Assembly (NCBI GenBank): GCA_963758635.1
Contig: CAVWWD010000007.1
Coordinates: forward strand, 64,001-128,000
Length of the DNA stretch: 64,000 bases
Source: an uncultured Candidatus Rokubacteria bacterium
GTDB taxonomy: Bacteria > Methylomirabilota > Methylomirabilia > Rokubacteriales > CSP1-6
Direction: 5' to 3'
Position 1 is the stretch's first letter. Every line of letters starts with the position of its first letter. Under the pieces are notes generated by a model. It did not search any database. It had not been told where the DNA came from and saw nothing but the letters and a program-made list of their open reading frames with translations. A program made the translations under genes and the position numbers. Of the stretch, positions 54,275 to 63,581 are shown piece after piece.

Positions 54275-55916
54275 GCGACGTCCCCTGGCCGGCGATGGGG
54301 GTTCGCATCCGAGCGTGACACTGCTGCGATTCATCCGACGTCGTTCGTGGATGCTCGGGATCGGAACCCTGGCGACGGGCATGGCCAGCGGGCTCTGCGC
54401 GGCGGCTCTCATCGCGCTGATCAACAGGGCCCTCAGATCGGACTCATCGGTCACCGCGCTGGTCTGGGGATTCGCGGGCCTCGCCGCGGCTCGAGTGATT
54501 TCGGGGGCAGCCGCCCAGATTCTCACGAATCACTTCTCGCAGCGCGTGCTCGCGGACCTGTGTCGAGATCTGAGCCGGCGACTGCTCGCCGTACCGCTGC
54601 CACGGCTCGAGGTCATCGGCATGCCACGGGCGCTGGTCACCCTCACCGACGACGTGGCCGTCATCGCCTGGGCCATCCAGAGCTTGCCCGGGCTCGCCAC
54701 CAATCTCGCCATCCTCGGGGGGTGCGCCGCGTATCTCGGATGGCTGTCCGGGCCGATCTTTCTGGGCGTGTCGGGCTTCGTAGCGGCTGGCACGGGCATC
54801 TTCCTGCTGATGCTCCGACCGGCACGACGGCAGTGGAGCCAGATATGGCGGCACCGAGAGCGCCTCGTCGGCCATCTCCACGCACTGATCGACGGAGTGA
54901 AGGAGCTGAAGCTTCACGCCCCACGCCGGGAGGCATTTGTCTCGGGCTCCATCGGGAGCGCCCTGGACGCGATTCAACGCGCGAGCCTGCGCGGGGCCAT
55001 CTACCAAGCGCTCGCCAGCGGCTGGAGCCACGCGGTGTTCCTCCTGCTCATCGGGATCCTGGTGTTTGGTATGCCGAGCCTGCGCGAAGGCCCCAGCGAG
55101 GCGCTCACCGGCTACCTGCTCGTGGCGTTCTACATGATCGGTCCACTCTGGGGCGTCATCGACACGTGGCCGAACATCTCCCGGGGTAGCGTCGCCGTCG
55201 AGCGGGTGACCGAGCTGACCAGCTCGCTCCATCCCGGGCTGTCCACCGAGCGAGCGGCCCAGGCCCCGGTGGGGTGGGAGCGGCTCGAGCTCAAGGGCCT
55301 CGTGTTCGCGTACCCCGCCGAGGACGGCACCCGCCGCTTTCAGCTGGGCCCCTTCGACTTCACGCTCCAGCCGGGCGAGATCGTGTTCGTCGCCGGTGGA
55401 AACGGCAGTGGCAAGTCCACGTTCGCGAAGGTCCTCACCGGCCTGTACCCGTTGGAGGCCGGAGAGGTCAGGCTGGACGGTCATCTCGTCACCGAGCCGG
55501 AGCGCGAACGGTATTGCGAGCGCTTTTCCGCGATCTTCTCGGACTTCCACGTCTTCGATCGCCTGCTTGGGTTCGCCGGTCCCAACGTCGACGCGCGGGC
55601 CCGCGCGCACCTGGCGCGTCTGGAGCTGGACGGCAGGGTGCGAGTGGAGGACGGGGTCTTTTCGACGACCGCACTGTCATCGGGGCAACGCAAGCGACTG
55701 GCCCTCCTCGTCGCGCTCATCGAGGATCGGCCGATCTACGTGTTCGACGAATGGGCGGCAGACCAGGATCCGCACTACCGGGACATCTTCTACGGGGAGG
55801 TCCTGCCCGATCTCCGGCGGCGAGGCAAGGCGGTGGTGGTGATCAGCCACGACGATCGCTACTACGGGCTCGGCGACCGCACGGTGCGGCTCGCGTACGG
55901 CCAGATGGTTCCATGA
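54271..55916 (+). CDS. Cyclic-peptide export ABC transporter (PvdE/SyrD/YojI family); start is ATG 54271 with a G-run frameshift, or GTG 54315
   Basis: Fused TMD + NBD: DGVKELKL, FQLGPFD, GGNGSGKST, SAIFSDFHVF, LSSGQRKRLAL, FDEWAADQDP, ISHDDRY. Confidence 0.93.
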
Positions 55917-56923
55917 CTGCGCGCGAGCTCCTCCAGCGACTCGCGGTCCTGGACATCCGCATCTCCGCCAATGGCGACCAGCTTCGCGTGAACGCCCCGC
56001 AGAGCGTCCTCACCGCGGAGCTGTCGGCGGAGCTGGCCGCGCGCAAGCCCGAGATCCTCAGCCTCCTCGAGATCTCCGGTCGGACGCGAACGTCGCTGAT
56101 TCCGATCCAGCCATACGGGGCGCGGCCGGTGCTGTACGGAGTGCCACCGGATGGTGACGCCTTCTGCTATTTGCCGCTCTCACGCCAGCTGGGGCCGAGC
56201 CAGCCGGTCTTTGCTTTCGAGGCTCCTGGACTCGAAGGGGCCCAGGCTCCCCTGGCCAGCATCGAGGCCCTCGCCGCGCACTACCTGGCGGACTTGCGGG
56301 CTTTTCAGCCCGATGGCCCTTACTACATCAGCGGGTACTGTCTCGGCGGGATCGTGGCGTTCGAGCTCGCACGGCAGATCCGAGAGCAGGGGGAGCACGT
56401 GGCCCTGCTCGCACTGATCGAAAGCCCATCACCGGAAGGGTTCAGGACCTGCCGTAGCCGGATCAGCTTTTTCCGGCGACGGCGGGACGAGATCTTCGAG
56501 CGAGTTCGCAAGCTGGCCGGACAACCGTGGCCGGCGCGGCTGGCCTTCCTGCGGAGCCGCCTGGCTCGGGCTCTTCGCCGCAGTGATTCGACGGCTCTGG
56601 TCGGGTCAGCTCGCGGATGGCAGGAGGAGCAGAAGCTGAAAGTTCATCTGGCGATGACCGCGGCGGCGCACACCTATGTGCGCGAGGCCCGTCCCTACCC
56701 GGGGCGGATCGTTCTCTTCCTGGGAAGCCAGGAGCTGAAGCGTCGGAGGGCCTACCTTCGCCAGCTCGAGTGGGCGAACGTCGCTGGTGGCGGGCTCGAG
56801 GTTCATGTCGGACTCGATAGCTGCACAGACTACCCGATGTTGCTCAGCGACCCCCCGAGCGTCCGCGCCCTGGCCGATCACCTGACGTCCTACCTCGAGT
56901 GCCCGCCGCGGCCGCGGGCGTGA
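55913..56923 (+). CDS. Stand-alone thioesterase-fold protein with an N-terminal TubC-type beta-hairpin docking domain
   Basis: ELLQRLAVLDIRISANGDQLRVNAP..VLTAEL...KPEILSLL; then SLIPIQP, SIEALAAHYL, QPDGPYYISGYCLGGIVAFELA. Confidence 0.85.
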   Translation: MTARELLQRLAVLDIRISANGDQLRVNAPQSVLTAELSAELAARKPEILSLLEISGRTRTSLIPIQPYGARPVLYGVPPDGDAFCYLPLSRQLGPSQPVFAFEAPGLEGAQAPLASIEALAAHYLADLRAFQPDGPYYISGYCLGGIVAFELARQIREQGEHVALLALIESPSPEGFRTCRSRISFFRRRRDEIFERVRKLAGQPWPARLAFLRSRLARALRRSDSTALVGSARGWQEEQKLKVHLAMTAAAHTYVREARPYPGRIVLFLGSQELKRRRAYLRQLEWANVAGGGLEVHVGLDSCTDYPMLLSDPPSVRALADHLTSYLECPPRPRA

Positions 56924-57043
56924 TCCACGAGCCAGCGCACGTTCGCAGTACGTCCCTGCCCGACCTCTGAGCATTGCTGCCACGCCGGCTTGGCCGCAAT
57001 CGGCCAGGGCCGGCCGGGTCGTGGCTGTCGCTTCGCGGCATCG

Positions 57044-57059
57044 CGGCACGAGATTTGCT
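57044..57059 (+). promoter_or_regulatory. sigma54 -24/-12 promoter upstream of the HTH gene
   Basis: CGGCACGAGATTTGCT. Confidence 0.7.
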
Positions 57060-57133
57060 CGACTGCCGCCTGCCAGTGACCGGCCGAGAGATCGCGGACG
57101 ACGGGCGCATTTGCGTTCAACCTGGGAGGCTCG

Positions 57134-57562
57134 ATGAGCGACTTGCCCGTATTGCTGATGTGCGTGGACGAAGCCACGAAGAATCTCGTGGCAAGCCTAC
57201 TCCGCGAGCGAGGATACGAGGCGATCCTCCCCCGCTCGCGCGCGGAGGCGATCGCCGCGCTCGCCTTGAGCGACCCACACCTTGCCGGGAGGTGGTCCGC
57301 CTCGGAGGACCCGGTCGAGCCGCCCAGGGCTCTGGAGGCGCGCCACACGGGCGCCGTGCTGCTGAAGGAGATTGCCCGCAGGGCGGCCCAGCAGGCTGAG
57401 CGGGACGAGATTCTCAGAATGCTCGATCGCACGCGCTGGAATCGCGTCCGGACGGCGAGGCTCTTGAACATCAGTTACCGCGCTCTGCTCTACAAGATGA
57501 AGGGCGCCGGCCTTGGGCGCGTTTCTCGAGCCGCCCGCTCCAGCCACCTGGACTCCGCGTAG
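57134..57562 (+). CDS. Fis-type HTH protein with a partial receiver-like N-terminus and no AAA+ domain
   Basis: GGAGG RBS; VLLMCVDEATKNLVASLLRERGYEA; C-terminal LKEIARRAAQQAERDEILRMLDRTRWNRVRTARLLNISYRALLYKMK, typical of the NtrC-family HTH. Confidence 0.8.
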   Translation: MSDLPVLLMCVDEATKNLVASLLRERGYEAILPRSRAEAIAALALSDPHLAGRWSASEDPVEPPRALEARHTGAVLLKEIARRAAQQAERDEILRMLDRTRWNRVRTARLLNISYRALLYKMKGAGLGRVSRAARSSHLDSA

Positions 57563-57737
57563 TGTGCAGGATGTTGCATCGGGCGGAGTCGCCTGTCCGC
57601 CTGCCATTTCGACGAGTTGGACGCCGCGGCAAACTGCCTGGCTCGCTGGACCTTCCGGTTGCCGATAGTGTGCAAGGGATTGTCATTCGTACTCGAGGAA
57701 GTTTCTGCTATCCCGCAGATTTCCCCGCCGAAGCGAG

Positions 57738-57753
57738 TGGCTAGGATCTTGCT
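57738..57753 (+). promoter_or_regulatory. sigma54 -24/-12 promoter upstream of the NusG paralog and sugar operon
   Basis: TGGCTAGGATCTTGCT (GG-N10-GC with TTGC). Confidence 0.62.
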
Positions 57754-57882
57754 GTTGTCCGCTGGGGCCGCACGTGTCGCTCGAACGAGGGCGAGTTCGG
57801 CGGACGGCTTCAGGGAGTCCGGCTCAGGCGGGTAGAACGTTGTTCGGCCTGGGAAGCGTGCCAGGTCAAAGGGGGCGAAGCC

Positions 57883-58425
57883 TTGCCAGAAACGGGAATA
57901 ACTCATGCGTCCGAGGGTGCGAGCCGCCCGCGGTGGCACGTGCTCTGGACGCGCAGCAACTGCGAGCAGCTGGTGGCCGATCAGCTGGGGGCAAAGGGCT
58001 TCGACGTGTTCCTGCCACGAATGGGCGCGTGGTCGAGGCGTGGAGGGCGCCCGCACTTGTCGCAGCTCCCCATGTTCAGTGGATACCTGTTCGTCCATCG
58101 CCTGATGGACAAGGCGAGCTACACCGAGGTCCGAAAGTCGATTGGTCTCGTATCCATCCTCGGGGAGCGGTGGGACCGCCTCGCGACCGTCCCCGATTCC
58201 GAGATCGCGGGCATTCAGCAGGTAGAGCGTTCGAGGCTGCCCGTCCTCGCGCATCCGTACCTCCGGGAAGGCGAGCGTATCCGGATCGCGCACGGCCCTC
58301 TGGCGGATGTCGAGGGGATCTTCATCCGGGCCAATCCCAGGAAGGGGCTGCTCGTCATCTCGATCAACATGCTGCAGCGGAGCGTCGCGGTAGAGGTGGA
58401 TTGCACGCTGGTCGCGGCGGCCTAG
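57883..58425 (+). CDS. NusG-family operon-specific antiterminator (RfaH/UpxY/LoaP-like)
   Basis: WHVLWTRSNCE, FDVFLP, PMFSGYLFV, VPDSEI, KOW motif GERIRIAHGPLADVEG, MLQRSV. Confidence 0.9.
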   Translation: MPETGITHASEGASRPRWHVLWTRSNCEQLVADQLGAKGFDVFLPRMGAWSRRGGRPHLSQLPMFSGYLFVHRLMDKASYTEVRKSIGLVSILGERWDRLATVPDSEIAGIQQVERSRLPVLAHPYLREGERIRIAHGPLADVEGIFIRANPRKGLLVISINMLQRSVAVEVDCTLVAAA

Positions 58426-58527
58426 CGGTGGCCGTGCGCGCGAAGGATCGGGCCGCCGCGTGAGAGACCCTGGACAGTTGGCGCTCGAGCCGCACGGCAC
58501 GCGGCTCGACGGCCGAGGTGCACGAAC

Positions 58528-59556
58528 ATGCGCGTTCTAGTCACCGGCCACAACGGCTACATCGGGACCGTCATGGTGCCGATGCTGCTCGGCGCCGGCC
58601 ACGATGTGGTCGGCCTCGACAGCGACCTCTTCGAGCAGTGCACGTTCTGCCCCGGGATCCAGACCATCCCGGAGCTCCGGATGGACCTGCGGGACGTGCC
58701 GCCAGGGTCTCTGGAAGGATTCGACGCGATCGTCCACCTGGCGGCCCTCTCGAATGACCCGCTGGGCGACCTGAACCCGGACATCACCTACGACATCAAC
58801 CACGCCGCCTCGGTCCGCCTCGCGCGGCTCGCGAAGGCGGCCGGCGTGCCGCGCTTCCTCTACTCCTCCTCATGCAGCAGCTACGGGAAAGCCGGTGACG
58901 ATCTGGTCGACGAGACCGCCACGCTTCACCCGATCACTGCATACGCCATCTCGAAGGTGCGCGTCGAGCGGGACGTGGCGAGTCTGGCCGATGACGCGTT
59001 CAGCCCGACCTTCCTCCGGAACGCCACGGCCTACGGGGTGTCGCCGCGGCTGCGGTTCGACCTGGTGCTGAACAACCTCGTGGCGTGGGCGTTCGCCGAG
59101 GGTCGCGTCCACATCAAGAGCGACGGCACGCCCTGGCGCCCCATCGTCCACATCGAGGACATCGCGCGCGCGTTCCTCGCCGTGCTGGCCGCCCCCCGCG
59201 AGGCTGTGCACAACCAGGCGCTCAACGTCGGTCAGACCGAGGAGAACTACCGCATCCGCGAGCTGGCCGAGATCGTCCGGGAGGTGGTTCCGGGGTCGGT
59301 CATCGACTACGCGAAGGACGGCGGCCCCGATCCCCGGTGCTACCGGGTGGACTTCGGCAAGATCGGGCGCCTGGTGCCCGAGTTCAAGCCGCAGTGGAAC
59401 GCCCGCCGCGGCGCCGAGGAGCTCTACGCCGCCTATCAGACCATGGGGCTCCGGCTCGACGACTGCGAGGGTCCCCGCTTCAAGCGGATCGACCACCTGA
59501 AGCAGCTCCTGGCCACCGGCCGGGTCGATGCGGCGCTGCGCTGGAGGGCCGCATAG
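58528..59556 (+). CDS. NAD-dependent nucleotide-sugar epimerase/dehydratase (extended SDR)
   Basis: [30 protein letters not shown] (YxxxK), LRNATAYG. Confidence 0.92.
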   Translation: MRVLVTGHNGYIGTVMVPMLLGAGHDVVGLDSDLFEQCTFCPGIQTIPELRMDLRDVPPGSLEGFDAIVHLAALSNDPLGDLNPDITYDINHAASVRLARLAKAAGVPRFLYSSSCSSYGKAGDDLVDETATLHPITAYAISKVRVERDVASLADDAFSPTFLRNATAYGVSPRLRFDLVLNNLVAWAFAEGRVHIKSDGTPWRPIVHIEDIARAFLAVLAAPREAVHNQALNVGQTEENYRIRELAEIVREVVPGSVIDYAKDGGPDPRCYRVDFGKIGRLVPEFKPQWNARRGAEELYAAYQTMGLRLDDCEGPRFKRIDHLKQLLATGRVDAALRWRAA

Positions 59557-60785
59557 TGGCCGGGTGTCTCTTCTGCTCGGCGCCGCTCCAGCACTCCGTC
59601 GTCGATCTGGGCATGTCGCCCCTCTGCGAGAGCTTTCTCACCGCCGACCAGCTCAACCAGATGGAGCCCTTCTATCCGCTCCACGTCTACGTCTGCGAGC
59701 AGTGCTTCCTCGTCCAGGTCCAGGAGTACGTGAGCCCGGAGGGGATCTTCACCGAGTACGCCTACTTCTCGTCCTACTCCGACAGCTGGCTCGCCCACGC
59801 CCGCGCGTACGTAGACATGATCACGACGCGACTCGGCCTGACCGCCGCCAGCCAGGTCGTCGAGCTCGGCAGCAACGACGGCTACCTCCTCCGACATTTC
59901 CTGCCCAGGGGCATCCCGGTCCTCGGGGTCGAGCCGGCGAAGAACGTCGCGGCGGCGGCGGTGGCCAGAGGCGTGCCGACCGTCACCAAGCTCTTCGGGC
60001 GCCGGACCGCGCGAGAACTCGTGGCCGAGGGCGTCCAGGCTGATCTCCTCTGCGGGGCCAACGTCCTCGCCCAGGTCCCCGATCTCAATGACTTCGTAGG
60101 CGGGATGAAGCTCTTGCTCAAGCCCGGGGGCATCTTCACCATCGAGTTCCCGCACCTCCTGCGCCTGATGGAGGAGAACCAGTTCGATACGATCTACCAC
60201 GAGCACTTCTCCTACTTCTCGTTCCTCGCCGCCGAGCGCATCTTCGCTGCCCACGGGCTGACGCTGTTCGACGTCGAGGAGCTGCCCACCCACGGCGGCT
60301 CGCTGCGGATCTACGGACGGCATGTCGAGGACGGTGAGATGGGCATCGGCGCGCGGGTCGTCGAGCTCCGGGCGCGGGAGATCGCGAGCGGGTTCACCCG
60401 CCTCGATCGCTACCTGTCCTTCACCGAGCAGGTGCACGAGACGAAGCGGAGGCTCCTCGAGTTCCTCATCGGCGCGAAGCGGGCGGGGAAGTCCATCGCC
60501 GGCTACGGCGCGCCCGGCAAGGGGAACACCCTCCTGAACTACTGCGGGATCCGCACCGACTTCCTCGAGTACACCGTGGATCGGAACCCCTACAAGCACG
60601 GTCGGTTCCTGCCGGGCACCCACATCCCGATCTTTCCGCCCGACCGCATCTGGGCGACGCGTCCGGACTACCTCCTGATCCTGCCGTGGAACTTGAAGGA
60701 CGAGATCATGGAGCAGATGGCGGGGATCCGCGGCTGGGGTGGGCAGTTCGTCGTCCCGATCCCGGACGTCAAGGTCTATCCGTGA
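59556..60785 (+). CDS. NDP-hexose C-methyltransferase family protein
   Basis: Zn motif CLFC...CEQC, ELGSNDGYLL, FDTIYHEH, HGGSLR, GYGAPGKGNTLLNY, LPWN. Confidence 0.9.
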   Translation: MAGCLFCSAPLQHSVVDLGMSPLCESFLTADQLNQMEPFYPLHVYVCEQCFLVQVQEYVSPEGIFTEYAYFSSYSDSWLAHARAYVDMITTRLGLTAASQVVELGSNDGYLLRHFLPRGIPVLGVEPAKNVAAAAVARGVPTVTKLFGRRTARELVAEGVQADLLCGANVLAQVPDLNDFVGGMKLLLKPGGIFTIEFPHLLRLMEENQFDTIYHEHFSYFSFLAAERIFAAHGLTLFDVEELPTHGGSLRIYGRHVEDGEMGIGARVVELRAREIASGFTRLDRYLSFTEQVHETKRRLLEFLIGAKRAGKSIAGYGAPGKGNTLLNYCGIRTDFLEYTVDRNPYKHGRFLPGTHIPIFPPDRIWATRPDYLLILPWNLKDEIMEQMAGIRGWGGQFVVPIPDVKVYP

Positions 60786-61333
60786 TCTTCACCGAGACCG
60801 CGCTCGCCGGCGCCTTCGTCATCGACGCCGAGCGACTCGATGACCATCGGGGCTTCTTCGCCCGCACGTGGTGTGCCCTGGAGTTCGCGGCCCACGGCCT
60901 CGACAGCCGCCTCGTCCAGTGCAGCGTCTCATTCAACGAGCGGAAGGGCACTCTCCGAGGCATGCATTACCAGGTTCCGCCGGCGGCCGAGGTGAAGGTC
61001 ATCCGGTGCACGGCGGGGGCGATCTTCGATGTGATCGTCGATCTCCGGCCGGACTCCCCCACGTTCGCCCGCCACGTCGCGGTGGTTCTGAGCGCGGAGA
61101 ACCGGAAGATGCTCTACGCGCCCGCCGGCTTCGCCCACGGCTTCCAGACGCTCGTCGACGGCACCGAGGTCTTCTACCAGATGTCGGAGTTCCATGCGCC
61201 CGAGCACGCGCGCGGCGTCCGCTGGGACGATCCCGCCTTCGACATTCGCTGGCCGGACGACGAGCGGATCATCGCCGAGCGGGACCGGACGTATGAGGAC
61301 TTCAGGGGCGCGTGGCGGAAGGTGGGGTCGTGA
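60782..61333 (+). CDS. rfbC: dTDP-4-dehydrorhamnose 3,5-epimerase family protein
   Basis: DHRGFFAR, GTLRGMHYQ, IFDVIVDLRPDSPTF, PAGFAHGFQTL, RWDDP. Confidence 0.92.
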   Translation: MIFTETALAGAFVIDAERLDDHRGFFARTWCALEFAAHGLDSRLVQCSVSFNERKGTLRGMHYQVPPAAEVKVIRCTAGAIFDVIVDLRPDSPTFARHVAVVLSAENRKMLYAPAGFAHGFQTLVDGTEVFYQMSEFHAPEHARGVRWDDPAFDIRWPDDERIIAERDRTYEDFRGAWRKVGS

Positions 61334-62647
61334 CGCTCGGCGAATTCCGGCGGTCCCTCGACCGCGCCGATCTGGGGCGGCGAATGTACGCCCGGGTGGC
61401 GGACCTCTACCCGCTCTGCCGGAGCATCACCGGCGATGGCCTCCGGGAGACGCTCCGGCGTCTCGGCGAGGAGCTGCCCGGCCTCGAGATCCACGAGGTT
61501 CCCAGCGGGACGCAGGTCTTCGACTGGACGGTCCCCCCGGAGTGGAACATTCGCGACGCGTGGATCAAGGACGCCGCGGGCTCGCGCGTCATCGATTTCC
61601 GGAGCTCGAACCTCCACGTCGTCAACTACAGCCCACCGGTGTCCGCGCGCCTCTCCCGCGCCGAGCTCGTGCCGCATCTCCACACGCTGCCCGACCGGCC
61701 GGACTGGATCCCGTACCGGACCTCGTACTACGCGGAGCGCTGGGGCTTCTGCCTCAGCCAGCGCGCCCTCGAGGCGCTGCCCGAGGGCGAGTACGAGGTG
61801 TGCGTGGACTCCACGCTCGCACCCGGGCACCTCTCCTACGGCGAGTGCTACCTGCCCGGGGAGACCTCGGACGAGGTTCTCCTGTCGTGTCACGTCTGCC
61901 ATCCGTCACTCGCCAATGACAACCTCGCGGGGGCGACGGTCGCCGCCTTCGCCGGCCGCCTCCTCGGCGGGCTCCGGCGCCGCTACTCGTACCGCCTGCT
62001 CTTCGTGCCCGGGACGATCGGCTCCATCACGTGGCTCGCGCGGAACGAAGCGACCGTGAGCCGGATCGCCCACGGCCTCGTGCTCGCCTGCCTCGGCGAC
62101 GGCGGCCACCCCACATTCAAGAAGAGTCGCCGGGGGGATGCGGAGATCGATCGAGTCGCCGCCCACGTCCTCCGCCGCCGGCGGCGCCCACGACATCGCG
62201 GAGTTCTCGCCCTACGGCTACGACGAGCGCCAGTACTGCTCGCCCGGGTTCGACCTGCCCGTGGGCTGCCTCATGCGGACGCCGCACGGGCGGTACCCCG
62301 AGTACCACACGTCGGCCGACAACCTGGACCTCGTCCGCCCCGAGGCGCTCGCCGATTCGCTAGACCTGCTCCTCGAGATCCTGGACGTGCTCGAACACAA
62401 CCGGACCTACGTGAACCAGAACCCGAAGGGCGAGCCGCAGCTCGGAAGGCGCGGCCTCTACCGGTCGATGGGCGGTCTCGCCGACGCCGGCGCGGTGGAG
62501 ATGGCGCTCCTCTGGGTGCTGAACCTCTCCGACGGCCGCCACTCCCTGCTCGACATCGCCGAGCGCGCGGGGCAGGGGTTCGACGGCGTCTGCCGGGCGG
62601 CGGAGCTCCTTGTGGAGCACGGCTTGCTGAAGGAGGCGGCGGTATGA
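61330..62647 (+). CDS. DUF4910-type polysaccharide-locus protein (M28 aminopeptidase-like fold + winged HTH); frameshift ~62175
   Basis: YPLCRSITGDG, FDWTVPPEWN, IPYRTSYY..WGFC, HVCHPSLANDNL, GYDERQYCSPG, YHTSADNL, SDGRHSLLDIAER. Confidence 0.85.
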
Positions 62648-62663
62648 CACAGGAGGGCATGCG

Positions 62664-63577
62664 ATGAGTACGATCTGGTACGAGGGCGGGTGGACGACGC
62701 CCAGCGGCGAGCGCGCCTTTACCGCGGGCATCTCGTCCTCTACGCGCCGCGGCCGAACTCGCTCCGGTTCTGCGAGTTCGCGCGGGAGATGATCGCGGAG
62801 GCCTTCGGCGGCATGGATCCCCTGACCGCCCAGGCGCGCCTGCCCGTCGAGCGCTACGTCGAGATCCTGGCCAAGCTCAAGCCGGCCTTCATCCACCATC
62901 CGCGGTCGAAGTCGTTCATCCAGGAGCTCCTCCGCGACCTCGGTTGCGACCTCGCGCGGACCTACTTCGACGTCCCGCGGATGCGCACGGCGACCTCCGA
63001 CAACTACCTGACCTCGGGCATCGCGTATGCGTTCCATCCTCATCGGGACACCTGGTATTCGGCGCCCTTCTCCCAGATCAACTGCTGGATGCCGATCTAC
63101 GACATCGTGGCCGAGAACGGGCTCGCCTTTCATCCCCACTACTGGGATCACCCGGTGAAGAACGGCTCGCGCGACTACGATTACGCGCGGTGGGTGCGGG
63201 AGTCGCGGCAGACGGCTGCCCAGCACGTGGGAGCCGACACGCGGAAGCAGCCGCGGCCGGAGGAGCCGATCGCGCTCGACCCGCAGGTCCGGCCCCTGCT
63301 CCCCGCCGGCGGCATCATCCTCTTCTCGGGGGCGCAGCTGCACTCGACCGTCCCGAACACCTCCGGGGTCACCCGCTTCAGCATCGACTTTCGCACCGTC
63401 CACCTGGACGACGTCGAGGAGAAGCGGGGCGCCCACAACATCGACTCCGAGTGCACGGGCACGACCATGGGCGACTACCTGCGAGGCACGGACCTCGCTC
63501 ACGTACCGGCCGAGCTCATCGCCCGGTACGAAAATGCCCCATATGAGCCCGCCCCGGCACTGCCGGCCGGAGTCTGA
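62664..63577 (+). CDS. Putative Fe(II)/2OG-dependent dioxygenase-fold protein (G-run frameshift ~62688)
   Basis: AGGAGG RBS before ATG 62664; HxD in HPHRDTW, NCWMP, distal His in QLHST, and RFSIDFR. Confidence 0.65.
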
Positions 63578-63581
63578 GGCG

